Below are positions 1-7,215 of a stretch of DNA of 54,759 bases, one piece after another. Position 1 is the first letter of the stretch, and each line of letters starts with the position of its first letter. Under the pieces are notes generated by a model. The model did not search any database and was not told the origin of the DNA. It saw only the letters and a program-made list of their open reading frames with translations. Position numbers and translations under genes: made by a program. The stretch is from Myxococcales bacterium (lineage in GTDB: Bacteria > Myxococcota > Myxococcia > Myxococcales > 40CM-4-68-19), in the NCBI GenBank assembly GCA_020201435.1, contig JAIVGS010000001.1:1-54759 (forward strand). The letters run 5' to 3'.

Positions 1-650
1 AGGAGCAGCCGGTCCACGGCGGAAAGCGCGCGGGGCATGTCGTTGCGCTCCTGGTAGACGGAGCGCAGGTTCTGCAGCATTCGCACCAGGATCTCGCGCG
101 GCCGGGCGGCGCGAAGGACGCGGGCGTCGAACTTCACCTGATCGCCGACCGCCGCCGCGAGACGGCGCTTGATCTCCTCGAGGCCGAGCAATTGACCGCG
201 GTGGAACGGGTCGACGACCAGCTCGCCGCCGTCGAGCTGCACCTTGCAGAGAAAATGTCCGGGAAATCCCACGCCCTCGACGCGCAGGCCGCAGCGGCGG
301 CCGACCTCCATGTAGACGATGCAGAGCGTGAGCGGAATGCCGGTCCGCCGGTCGAGGACCTCGTTCAGGAAGCTGTTGCGCGGGTCGTAATAGTCGTTGC
401 GGTTGCCGCTGTAGCCGAGCTCGTGGAAGAGATAGCTGTTGAGGCGCCCGACCTTGCGCTCCGGGCTTGCCCCCGACGGCAACCCGTCCTGCACGCCCTG
501 CGCGAGCCGGTCGAGCAGCCTCAGGTAGTGCCCTTCGTCGAGGTCCGGATACTCCTCGCGCGCGACCGCCAGCGACGCCCGGGCGAGGTCGATGGGGTCC
601 TGCGCCACGAAGCGCTGCAAGAGCCGCCGCGATGTATCCGCTCCATCCAT
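1..650 (-). CDS. SirB1-family / transglutaminase-like protein, 3' end beyond window edge
   Basis: Not in the ORF track; translated by hand from the ATG at 650, which abuts the ADH stop. Reads MDGADTSRRLLQRFVAQDPIDLARASLAVAREEYPDLD...NRNDYYDPRNSFLNEVLDRRTGIPLTLCIVYMEVGRRCGLRVEGVGFPGHF, the SirB1 signature. Confidence 0.85.
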   Translation of the reverse strand, partial: MDGADTSRRLLQRFVAQDPIDLARASLAVAREEYPDLDEGHYLRLLDRLAQGVQDGLPSGASPERKVGRLNSYLFHELGYSGNRNDYYDPRNSFLNEVLDRRTGIPLTLCIVYMEVGRRCGLRVEGVGFPGHFLCKVQLDGGELVVDPFHRGQLLGLEEIKRRLAAAVGDQVKFDARVLRAARPREILVRMLQNLRSVYQERNDMPRALSAVDRLL

Positions 651-1799
651 TCAGAAGGCCTCGTTGATCAACCTCTCGAAATCGACTTCGGTCACAGGCC
701 GCGGGTTCGACTGGTGGCAGGCATCGGCCAGCGCTTTCTCGACCAGCTGCGGGATCATCTCGCGTTTCACCCCCGCTTGCGAGAGCTTGCGCGGCAGTCC
801 ACAGGCGACGCGGATGTCGTCGACGATCTCGGCGCACAGGTGCGCCCGCTCCGGGACGCTCATCTTCGGGTCCGCTCCGAGCGCGACCGCGGCTTCGGCG
901 AGCCGGGCCTCCGCGGCCATCCGGTTGAAGCTCACGACCGTCGGCAGCATCAGCGAATTCGCGAGGCCGTGGTGCGTGCCGGCGACCGGCGTGAGCGCAT
1001 GCGCGACCGAATGACAGGCCCCCAGGCCCTTCTGGAAGGCGATCGCGCCGAACGCCGAGCCGAGCAGCATCTGCTCGCGGGCTTCGAGGTCCTTGCCGTT
1101 CTGGACGGCCTTCTTCAGGTTCGCCGCGATGCGCTTGAGACCGTCGATGGCGATCGCGTCGGCGAGCGGGTGGTCACCTTTGGCTACATAGGCCTCCAGG
1201 TTGTGCGTCAGCGCGTCCATGCCGGTCGCCGCGGTGATGAACGGCGGCAGCCCGACGGTCAGCTCGGGATCGAGGATCGCGGCCCTGGCCATCAGGTGCG
1301 GAGAGAAGATGACCGTCTTGGTCCCGTCGATGACCAGCACCGTGCTGCGGCCGACTTCCGACCCGGTTCCCGCGGTCGTCGGCACCTGGATGATGGGTGG
1401 GACGTTCGGCGTGATGCGCGCGTCGCCGCCCTTGGCGTCGTCGTACTGCGCGAGCGGCGGCTGGTGGTTGACGAGCAGCGCGATCGCTTTCGCCATGTCG
1501 AGGGAGGCCCCGCCTCCGACGCCGAGGACGCTGTCGGCGTTCTGCGCCCGGTAGGCCTCGATGCCTTTGAGGGCATCCGCATCGGTCGGATTGGCCGCGA
1601 AATCGGTGAAGATCGGCGCCTTGATCCCCGCCTGCTCGAGCAGCGGTGCGACGAAGCGCAACAGCCCCGCCTGCAGGATGCCCTTGTCGGTCACCAGCAG
1701 GGGCCGCGAGGCGCCCACCCGCTTCAGCTCGTTTGGCAGCTCCTTGATCGCGCCGCGGCCGTAGACGATCCGCGTCGGAAAGCTCATTACGCTCGCCAT
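651..1799 (-). CDS. Iron-containing alcohol dehydrogenase
   Basis: GGGASLDMAKAI, PTTAGTGSE, D-x3-H metal motif (MDALTHNLE), HSVAH and HHG; GGAGA SD upstream. Confidence 0.95.
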   Translation of the reverse strand: MASVMSFPTRIVYGRGAIKELPNELKRVGASRPLLVTDKGILQAGLLRFVAPLLEQAGIKAPIFTDFAANPTDADALKGIEAYRAQNADSVLGVGGGASLDMAKAIALLVNHQPPLAQYDDAKGGDARITPNVPPIIQVPTTAGTGSEVGRSTVLVIDGTKTVIFSPHLMARAAILDPELTVGLPPFITAATGMDALTHNLEAYVAKGDHPLADAIAIDGLKRIAANLKKAVQNGKDLEAREQMLLGSAFGAIAFQKGLGACHSVAHALTPVAGTHHGLANSLMLPTVVSFNRMAAEARLAEAAVALGADPKMSVPERAHLCAEIVDDIRVACGLPRKLSQAGVKREMIPQLVEKALADACHQSNPRPVTEVDFERLINEAF

Positions 1800-1808
1800 G
1801 GTGTCTCC

Positions 1809-3164
1809 CTAGATGATCTCGAAATACCGCTCCAGCTCCCACCTCGTCACTGCGCTTTCGAACTGCCGGCACTCCCAGTCGCGGGTGCGCACGTAGTGGT
1901 CGACGAACTGCTCGCCGAGGATCTCGCGCGCTTCCCTCGAGGCCGCGAGCGCTTCGGTCGCAAGCCGCAGCGTCGACGGCAGCGGCCTGGCTTTCGCATC
2001 ATAACCGTTGCCGACCGTCTCGGCCGGGAGCGGCAGCTCGTTCTCGACGCCGTACAGGCCCGACGCGACGCTCGCCGCCATCGCGACGTAGGCGTTCATG
2101 TCGGCCGCGGCGAAGCGGTATTCGACGCGGGTCGAGCCGGGCGAGCCCGGGATCACCCGCAGCGCGGTGGTGCGGTTCTCCACCCCCCAGGTCGCCATCG
2201 TCGGGCTCCACGCGCCGCGGACCATCCGCTTGTACGAGTTGACCGTCGGGGCGATCAGCGCGGTCATCGCCGGCATCAGCGCCACCTGGCCGGCGACGTA
2301 GTGCGCCATCAGCTTGCTCATGCCCTTCATGCCGCGGCCGTCGTGGAAGAGCGGCTCGCCCTGCAGCGACCAGAGCGACTGGTGGAGGTGGCCCGAGCAG
2401 CCCGGGAGGTCCTTGTTCCACTTGGCCATGAAGCACGGCATCACGCCGTGGCGGGCGCAGATCTCCTTGGTCGCCGTCTTGAACAGCGCGGCCTTGTCGG
2501 CGGCGCGCAGGAGCGAGTCGTACTTCAGCGCCGCCTCGTACACCCCCGGGCCGGTCTCGGTGTGGAAGCCCTCGATCTCGATGTCGAACGCGTCGAGGCC
2601 GTCCTGCAGCGCATGGACGAGCGGCGCGTTCTCCGACGAGCGGAGCCACGAGTAGCCGAACATCCCCGGCGTCAAAGGTGTGAGGTTTGCATACCCCTTC
2701 TCGCGGACGGATTCCGGCGTCTCCTTGAACATGAAGAACTCGTATTCGCTGGAGCACTTGACGGCGAACCCGAGCGAGCGCGCCTTCTGGTCGACCTTCT
2801 GCAGAAGCTGCCGCGGCGAGACCGGGATCTCGAAATCGAGCAGGAACGCGGCGGTGGCCTCCTCCCACGGGATGCGCCGGTAGGTGGAGAGATCGACGGT
2901 CGCGTGCGCGTCCGGATACCCCGAGTGCCAGCCGGTGACGCTGGCGTTGTCGTAGAGCTGGTCGCCGCTGTCCCAGCCGAAGATCACGTCGCAGAAGCCG
3001 AGGCCGGACTCGGCGACGCCCCAGAACTTGTCGAGCGAGACGTACTTTCCGCGCAGCACGCCGTCGATGTCGAACCCGCCCAGCTTGACCTTGCGGATCC
3101 CGTTCTCCTTGAACTTCTCGCGCAGTTGCTCGATCTGCGCGGCCCGCGACTTGGGTGTGTCCAT
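1809..3164 (-). CDS. Glutamine synthetase-like gamma-glutamyl-amine ligase (PuuA/GlnA3/GlnA4-like)
   Basis: GS motifs EYEF, HTETGPGVYE, GCSGHLHQS, NSYKR, NRTTALR and EYR. The Glu flap is replaced (GAWSP instead of GYEAP/GFEAP) and there is no clear adenylylation loop. Confidence 0.9.
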   Translation of the reverse strand: MDTPKSRAAQIEQLREKFKENGIRKVKLGGFDIDGVLRGKYVSLDKFWGVAESGLGFCDVIFGWDSGDQLYDNASVTGWHSGYPDAHATVDLSTYRRIPWEEATAAFLLDFEIPVSPRQLLQKVDQKARSLGFAVKCSSEYEFFMFKETPESVREKGYANLTPLTPGMFGYSWLRSSENAPLVHALQDGLDAFDIEIEGFHTETGPGVYEAALKYDSLLRAADKAALFKTATKEICARHGVMPCFMAKWNKDLPGCSGHLHQSLWSLQGEPLFHDGRGMKGMSKLMAHYVAGQVALMPAMTALIAPTVNSYKRMVRGAWSPTMATWGVENRTTALRVIPGSPGSTRVEYRFAAADMNAYVAMAASVASGLYGVENELPLPAETVGNGYDAKARPLPSTLRLATEALAASREAREILGEQFVDHYVRTRDWECRQFESAVTRWELERYFEII

Positions 3165-3213
3165 GGCCGAAGAGCGTCGGCGGGACGGCGCTGCGCGTCA
3201 AGCCCGCACGACT

Positions 3214-3219
3214 TAGAAT
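3214..3219 (+). promoter_or_regulatory. Putative -10 element TAGAAT 6 nt before ATG (leaderless)
   Basis: TAGAAT-gtgtgc-ATG(3226), no SD. Confidence 0.5.
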
Positions 3220-3225
3220 GTGTGC

Positions 3226-3903
3226 ATGTCCGGCCTGCTGATCGTTCAGACGGGAACAACGCACCTGCACGGCGACTACCCGGCGTGGTTCGAGCGCGCG
3301 CTGGGCCGTTCGATGCCGGTCGTCCGCGCCCACCAGGGCGAGAAGCTCGAGTCCGGGCTCGCCCGCTTTCGGCCGAAGGGGATCATCGTCACCGGCTCGC
3401 CGTTGAGCGTGACGGAAAAAGTGCCGTGGATGCTGGAGCTTGGCGAGTCGCTCCTGCGCGTCGAGGTCCCTGTGCTCGGCGTCTGCTTCGGTCACCAGCT
3501 TCTCGCCCGGGTGGCGGGCGGCGGCGTGGTCCTGAATCCGCGCGGACGCGAGATCGGCACGGTTTCCGTCAAGCTGACGCCCGCGGGCCGAAAGGACCCT
3601 CTGTTTGCGTGGGCGACGTCGGACGAGATCGACGTCCAGGCGACCCACCTCGACGCCGTCGACCCGGTGCCGCCGGCGGCGACGATCCTCGCCTCCAACG
3701 AGAACAGCGCGGTGCAGGCTTTCCGCCTCTCGGAGACGATCGCCGGCGTCCAGTTCCATCCCGAGCTGTCCGCGGCGGCGATGAGAGACTTGATCATGTC
3801 GCGCAAGGAGAAGCTGCTCGCCGAAGGCCGCGATCCCTCGAAGATCGAGGTCCACGAAGTCGCCGCCGGCAAGATCCTGCGCGCATTCGCCGGAAGCCTC
3901 TAA
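3226..3903 (+). CDS. Class I glutamine amidotransferase-domain protein (possible gamma-glutamyl hydrolase)
   Basis: TGSP, nucleophile elbow GVCFGHQ, GVQFHPE (Cys-His-Glu triad); divergent from the GS-like gene. Confidence 0.9.
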   Translation: MSGLLIVQTGTTHLHGDYPAWFERALGRSMPVVRAHQGEKLESGLARFRPKGIIVTGSPLSVTEKVPWMLELGESLLRVEVPVLGVCFGHQLLARVAGGGVVLNPRGREIGTVSVKLTPAGRKDPLFAWATSDEIDVQATHLDAVDPVPPAATILASNENSAVQAFRLSETIAGVQFHPELSAAAMRDLIMSRKEKLLAEGRDPSKIEVHEVAAGKILRAFAGSL

Positions 3904-3907
3904 AAGC

Positions 3908-4014
3908 AAAAGCGCACCGCGAAGGCGCGAAGACGCGAAGTTTTGGGTTTTGCGCTCATTGGCGGTTGTGCTCCCAACCCAACCCCTTCGCGCCTTCGCG
4001 TCTTCGCGGTGCGC
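3908..4014. repeat. REP/REPIN-like inverted repeat element, copy 1
   Basis: Left arm GCGCACCGCGAAGGCGCGAAGACGCGAAG (3912-3940) and right arm CTTCGCGCCTTCGCGTCTTCGCGGTGCGC (3986-4014). 3908-3941 is identical to 51883-51916. Lies between convergent genes. Confidence 0.9.
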
Positions 4015-4030
4015 AGTTGTAGTTAGCGGG

Positions 4031-5065
4031 TCACGGTCGAACTTCGTAGAGCACGTGAAATGAGAGCAATTCCATGTGGACGTCGGAAAAGCCGGCGGCG
4101 GTGCAGAGGTGGCGCATGCGGGATTCGGTGAGGCCGAAGGTGCCGAGGCCCTCGCCGCCTTGGGCGAGCGAGACGCTCATGCAGTAGAGGAGGCTGAAAC
4201 CCCAGCGGACGAGCGTCAGCGGGCCCGAGTTCGCGTCGGGATCTTCCTCGCTGCGGACCTCGAACGCGAGCCAGCGGCCGTGCGGCGAGAGCGCCTCGTG
4301 GATGGCGGAGGCGAGCTCGAGCGGACGGGCCGCGTCGTGGACGACGTCGAAGGTCAGCGCGAGGTCCATTCGCGGCAGGCCGGCGGAGGCGTCCCGCGCC
4401 TCGAAATGGACGCGATCGGAAAGGCCCGCTTCCGCCGCCTTTCGCTGCGCGGCCTCGACGTTGGGTGGGTGAACGTCGTACCCGACGAAGCGCGCGTTCG
4501 GAAAGGCTTTTGCGAGCGTGAAGATGGCGCGGCCGCGCCCGCAGCCGATGTCGGCGACGAGGCCGCCGCCCTGCAGCAGGCCCCGAACCGCCGGGACGCG
4601 CGGCAGCCACTCGGAGACGAGCTGCGTCTCATAGAGGCCGGCCATGTCGCGCTCCATTCCTTCCCACGCGTCGGGCGGGTAGGCGTCGGCGGGAATGCCC
4701 TTGCCGGTCACGAACGCCTCGCGCAGCCAGGGCATCGTCGCGATCATCCCGAGCAGCATCTGCAGCGTCCCGCCCATGAACACGCCGCCGCCTTCGTGGG
4801 CGAGCACTTCGGCCTGCGGCGGCGGCAGCTCGTACTTGCCGTCCCGATGGTCGACGTACCCGGCCGCTGCCATCGCGTGCAGCCACTCGCGGGCGTAGCG
4901 CGGATGGATCGATGTCCGTTGCGCGAGGTCCTCGGGCGAGGCCGGCCCTTTGGCGAGGGCGGAAAAGAGACCGAGGCGGTCGCCGATCCCGGCCAGCAGC
5001 GCGGCGACACCGCGGCCCGCGTCGGAGGCGAGCCTGAGCGCGAACTTGACCTCGGGCGAGGCCAT
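4031..5065 (-). CDS. Class I SAM-dependent methyltransferase with N-terminal winged helix (Rv2258c-like)
   Basis: IGDRLGLF...RYAREWL N-terminus, VADIGCGRG SAM motif, FDVVHD, CMSVSLAQGGEGLGT. Confidence 0.9.
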   Translation of the reverse strand: MASPEVKFALRLASDAGRGVAALLAGIGDRLGLFSALAKGPASPEDLAQRTSIHPRYAREWLHAMAAAGYVDHRDGKYELPPPQAEVLAHEGGGVFMGGTLQMLLGMIATMPWLREAFVTGKGIPADAYPPDAWEGMERDMAGLYETQLVSEWLPRVPAVRGLLQGGGLVADIGCGRGRAIFTLAKAFPNARFVGYDVHPPNVEAAQRKAAEAGLSDRVHFEARDASAGLPRMDLALTFDVVHDAARPLELASAIHEALSPHGRWLAFEVRSEEDPDANSGPLTLVRWGFSLLYCMSVSLAQGGEGLGTFGLTESRMRHLCTAAGFSDVHMELLSFHVLYEVRP

Positions 5066-5066
5066 C

Positions 5067-5732
5067 TCAGGCGGGCTCGTTCAAGAGGTTTTCGATGCAG
5101 AGGTCGAGGCGGCGGCGGAACTCGTCGCTGCTGCCGACGAACTGCAGGCCGGCGCCCGGCGTGCGGCCGAGCCTGGCCGCCTGATCGGGCGTGAGGCTCT
5201 GGATCACCTCGGCGTCGGTCTTCGCCGGGACCATTCCGTCGGGCAACTCGAGGAGCAGCTCGACCACGTCGCGCAGCGGCGGCGGTTTGGCCGTGGCCAC
5301 GAAGATGCCGCCGCGGCTGATGTTTTCCGAGTAGGCGACGAGGAACTCGCGGGGCGATGCCCAGCCGACCTGGAGGCGCGTCTTGACGCGCGGGAACGCG
5401 CGTTTGACCGGGTTGCCGCCGCCGCCGCGATCGTTCAAGAGCGCGTCGAGCGCGGTGCGACTTGCTTCGTCCATCGAGTCGAAGCGCGCCCAGAAACCGG
5501 CTTCCTTCCCTTTGTCGCCCGGCATCACCCGCTCGGTGATGACGCCTTTCGCCTGCACCGGCTGCGGCGCGCCCGGCAGCGTCAGCGTGAGCGAGAGGAC
5601 CGAGCCCTCCTTGGGCGTGACGAAGCCGCGCACGAAGACGCCCTCGGCGTTGAGGCGGCTGCTGGTGGTCTGCATCGTCAGGCCGCCGCCGGAATAGCGG
5701 ACCGGTACGACGATCGGGAGCGTCTCGGCCAT
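5067..5732 (-). CDS. Tandem PilZ-domain protein (TIGR02266-like)
   Basis: True start MAETLP at 5732. Second domain has RAFPR (RxxxR), ENISRGGIFV and GAGLQF; first domain is degenerate (SRLNAEGVFV). Confidence 0.85.
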   Translation of the reverse strand: MAETLPIVVPVRYSGGGLTMQTTSSRLNAEGVFVRGFVTPKEGSVLSLTLTLPGAPQPVQAKGVITERVMPGDKGKEAGFWARFDSMDEASRTALDALLNDRGGGGNPVKRAFPRVKTRLQVGWASPREFLVAYSENISRGGIFVATAKPPPLRDVVELLLELPDGMVPAKTDAEVIQSLTPDQAARLGRTPGAGLQFVGSSDEFRRRLDLCIENLLNEPA

Positions 5733-5737
5733 CGCGT

Positions 5738-6493
5738 TCACGATAGCACGGCGATCTCGCCCTCGACCTGCATACCCGCGGGGGAAGCGGCGCAGCGCAC
5801 GGCGGCGACCGTCACACCGGCTCGCACCGCCCGCCGCAGCGCCGCGGCGAAGATCGGATCGATCTCCTCGTCGGGCGCGACCGCCGAGACGTCGCCGCGC
5901 TGGGCGCAGAACACGATCGCGCAGCGCCGGCCCCGGCGGGCGAGGCTCGAGAGCAGCGCGAGGTGCCGCGCTCCGCGCTCGGTCGGCGCGTCCGGAAAGA
6001 GCGCGATCCCGTCCCGCTGCGCGCCGACGCTCTTCACTTCGCAGAGTATCCGGCCACCGGCTACCGGGTGGCGGCCACCGGCCAGAAGCAGATCGATGCG
6101 ACTGAACCCAACGACGACCTCCCGCTGCACGACCCGGAGGCCTGCCAGCGAGGGAAGCAGGGATCGACGAAGCGCTTCCTCGACGAGGCGTGGCGCACCC
6201 GCGGGATCGAGCGACACCCAGGTGCCATTCCCGGATCTTGCGAGAACGGCCGTGAATCGGGTCTTCCGAACCGGTGGCCGGTCGCCGGTGGCCGGCAGCC
6301 GGACAGCGACGACCGCGACCGTCCGTCCAGGCACGAGCAGATCGAGGCAGCGCCCGCGGTCGGGAACGTGCGCTTCGACGGTGCGGCGGCCGAGGCGACA
6401 GATGGCGAGGAACTTGTTGGGGCGCTCGATCAGGACGGCTTCGATCGCCTCTCCCGGCCAGCGATGCGGTATATCTGTTGCCGTGCTGCTCAA
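5738..6493 (-). CDS. sfsA: DNA/RNA nuclease SfsA (sugar fermentation stimulation protein)
   Basis: ERPNKF, AHVPDRGR, SRIDLLL, EVKSV, ALFPDAPTERGARHL, DPIFA. Start uncertain; TTG at 6493 chosen. Confidence 0.9.
   Translation of the reverse strand: MSSTATDIPHRWPGEAIEAVLIERPNKFLAICRLGRRTVEAHVPDRGRCLDLLVPGRTVAVVAVRLPATGDRPPVRKTRFTAVLARSGNGTWVSLDPAGAPRLVEEALRRSLLPSLAGLRVVQREVVVGFSRIDLLLAGGRHPVAGGRILCEVKSVGAQRDGIALFPDAPTERGARHLALLSSLARRGRRCAIVFCAQRGDVSAVAPDEEIDPIFAAALRRAVRAGVTVAAVRCAASPAGMQVEGEIAVLS
5740..5748 (-). promoter_or_regulatory. Putative extended -10 (TGcTATCGT) 7 nt before ATG
   Basis: Minus strand TGCTATCGT-gaacgcg-ATG(5732). Confidence 0.5.
6050..6085. repeat. Heptamer array (CCACCGG)n inside sfsA
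   Basis: CCGG CCACCGG CTACCGG GTGGCGG CCACCGG CCAG; inverse orientation of the array at 6271-6305. Confidence 0.6.
6271..6305. repeat. Heptamer array (CCGGTGG)n inside sfsA
   Basis: CCGGTGG CCGGTCG CCGGTGG CCGGCAG CCGGACA. Confidence 0.7.
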
Positions 6494-7211
6494 GCTGGCC
6501 CTCTGGCAGGACGTCCAAGAGTACCTCGAAAAGAGGACCGACGTGGCGATCCCCGTGGGCGGCACCGAGCAGCACGGGCCCTCGGGGCCGCTCGGCACCG
6601 ACCTGATCATCGCCGAGGAGCTCGCCAACGACCTCGGCGAGGAGCGCCACACCATGGTCGCGCCGGCGATCGCCTTCGGCGTCTCGCAGGTTCACGGGGC
6701 GTTCCCGGGGACCATCGCGCTCAAGCCGGCGACGCTGCTGGCGGTGGTCACCGACGCGGTCGAGAGCCTCTATCAGCAGGGATTCAGGCGCTTTTTGCTG
6801 GTCAATGCCCACCACGGCTCGAAGGCCACGCTGCAGGCGGCGTGCATGCAGGTGCACGCGTCACTGCCGGAATCGCGCTGCCTCTCGGTCCAGTGGTGGG
6901 ACCTGCCCGAGGTCCGCAGCGTCCTGATGGAGATGTTCGGCGCCCGCGAGGGGCACCACGCGACGCCGGGGGAGCTGTCGATCGTGCGCCGGTTCTATCC
7001 GCGGGCGGTGCTCGACCTGCCGCCGATGGACCGCTTCGAGCCGGTGCCGCAGCTGATCGCGTGGACCGCGCAGGACTTCCGCCAGCGGTATCCCGATGGC
7101 CGCGTCGGGTCCGATCCGTCGCTCTCGTCGGGCTCGGCCGGCGACCGGATCTTCGTCGCCGCGGGGCGCGGCCTCGTCGAAGTGCACCGCCGGCTCGTCG
7201 AAGACCCCTGA
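6483..7211 (+). CDS. Creatininase-family amidohydrolase
   Basis: GTG start at 6483; PVGGTEQHG..GPLGTD, H.AFPGT, VNAHHG, HHA..GE, DGRVGSDP. Confidence 0.9.
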   Translation: MLLKLALWQDVQEYLEKRTDVAIPVGGTEQHGPSGPLGTDLIIAEELANDLGEERHTMVAPAIAFGVSQVHGAFPGTIALKPATLLAVVTDAVESLYQQGFRRFLLVNAHHGSKATLQAACMQVHASLPESRCLSVQWWDLPEVRSVLMEMFGAREGHHATPGELSIVRRFYPRAVLDLPPMDRFEPVPQLIAWTAQDFRQRYPDGRVGSDPSLSSGSAGDRIFVAAGRGLVEVHRRLVEDP

Positions 7212-7215
7212 GAAC

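Noticed and set aside
3908-4014. Repeats as a CRISPR array, tRNA or plain intrinsic terminator
   Set aside because: No repeat-spacer periodicity, cas genes or cloverleaf. The arms are too long and too well conserved between distant loci for ordinary terminators.
192-4022. 1276-aa plus-strand ORF and similar giant antisense or alternate-frame ORFs (12571-15210, 27082-31038, 37511-40492, 38368-41622)
   Set aside because: Shadow frames of high-GC coding DNA: Arg/Ala/Gly-rich, with no motifs, and overlapping well-supported genes.
6483-7211. Mycofactocin MftE assignment
   Set aside because: No mftA/B/C-type precursor or maturase genes nearby; only the family-level call is supported.
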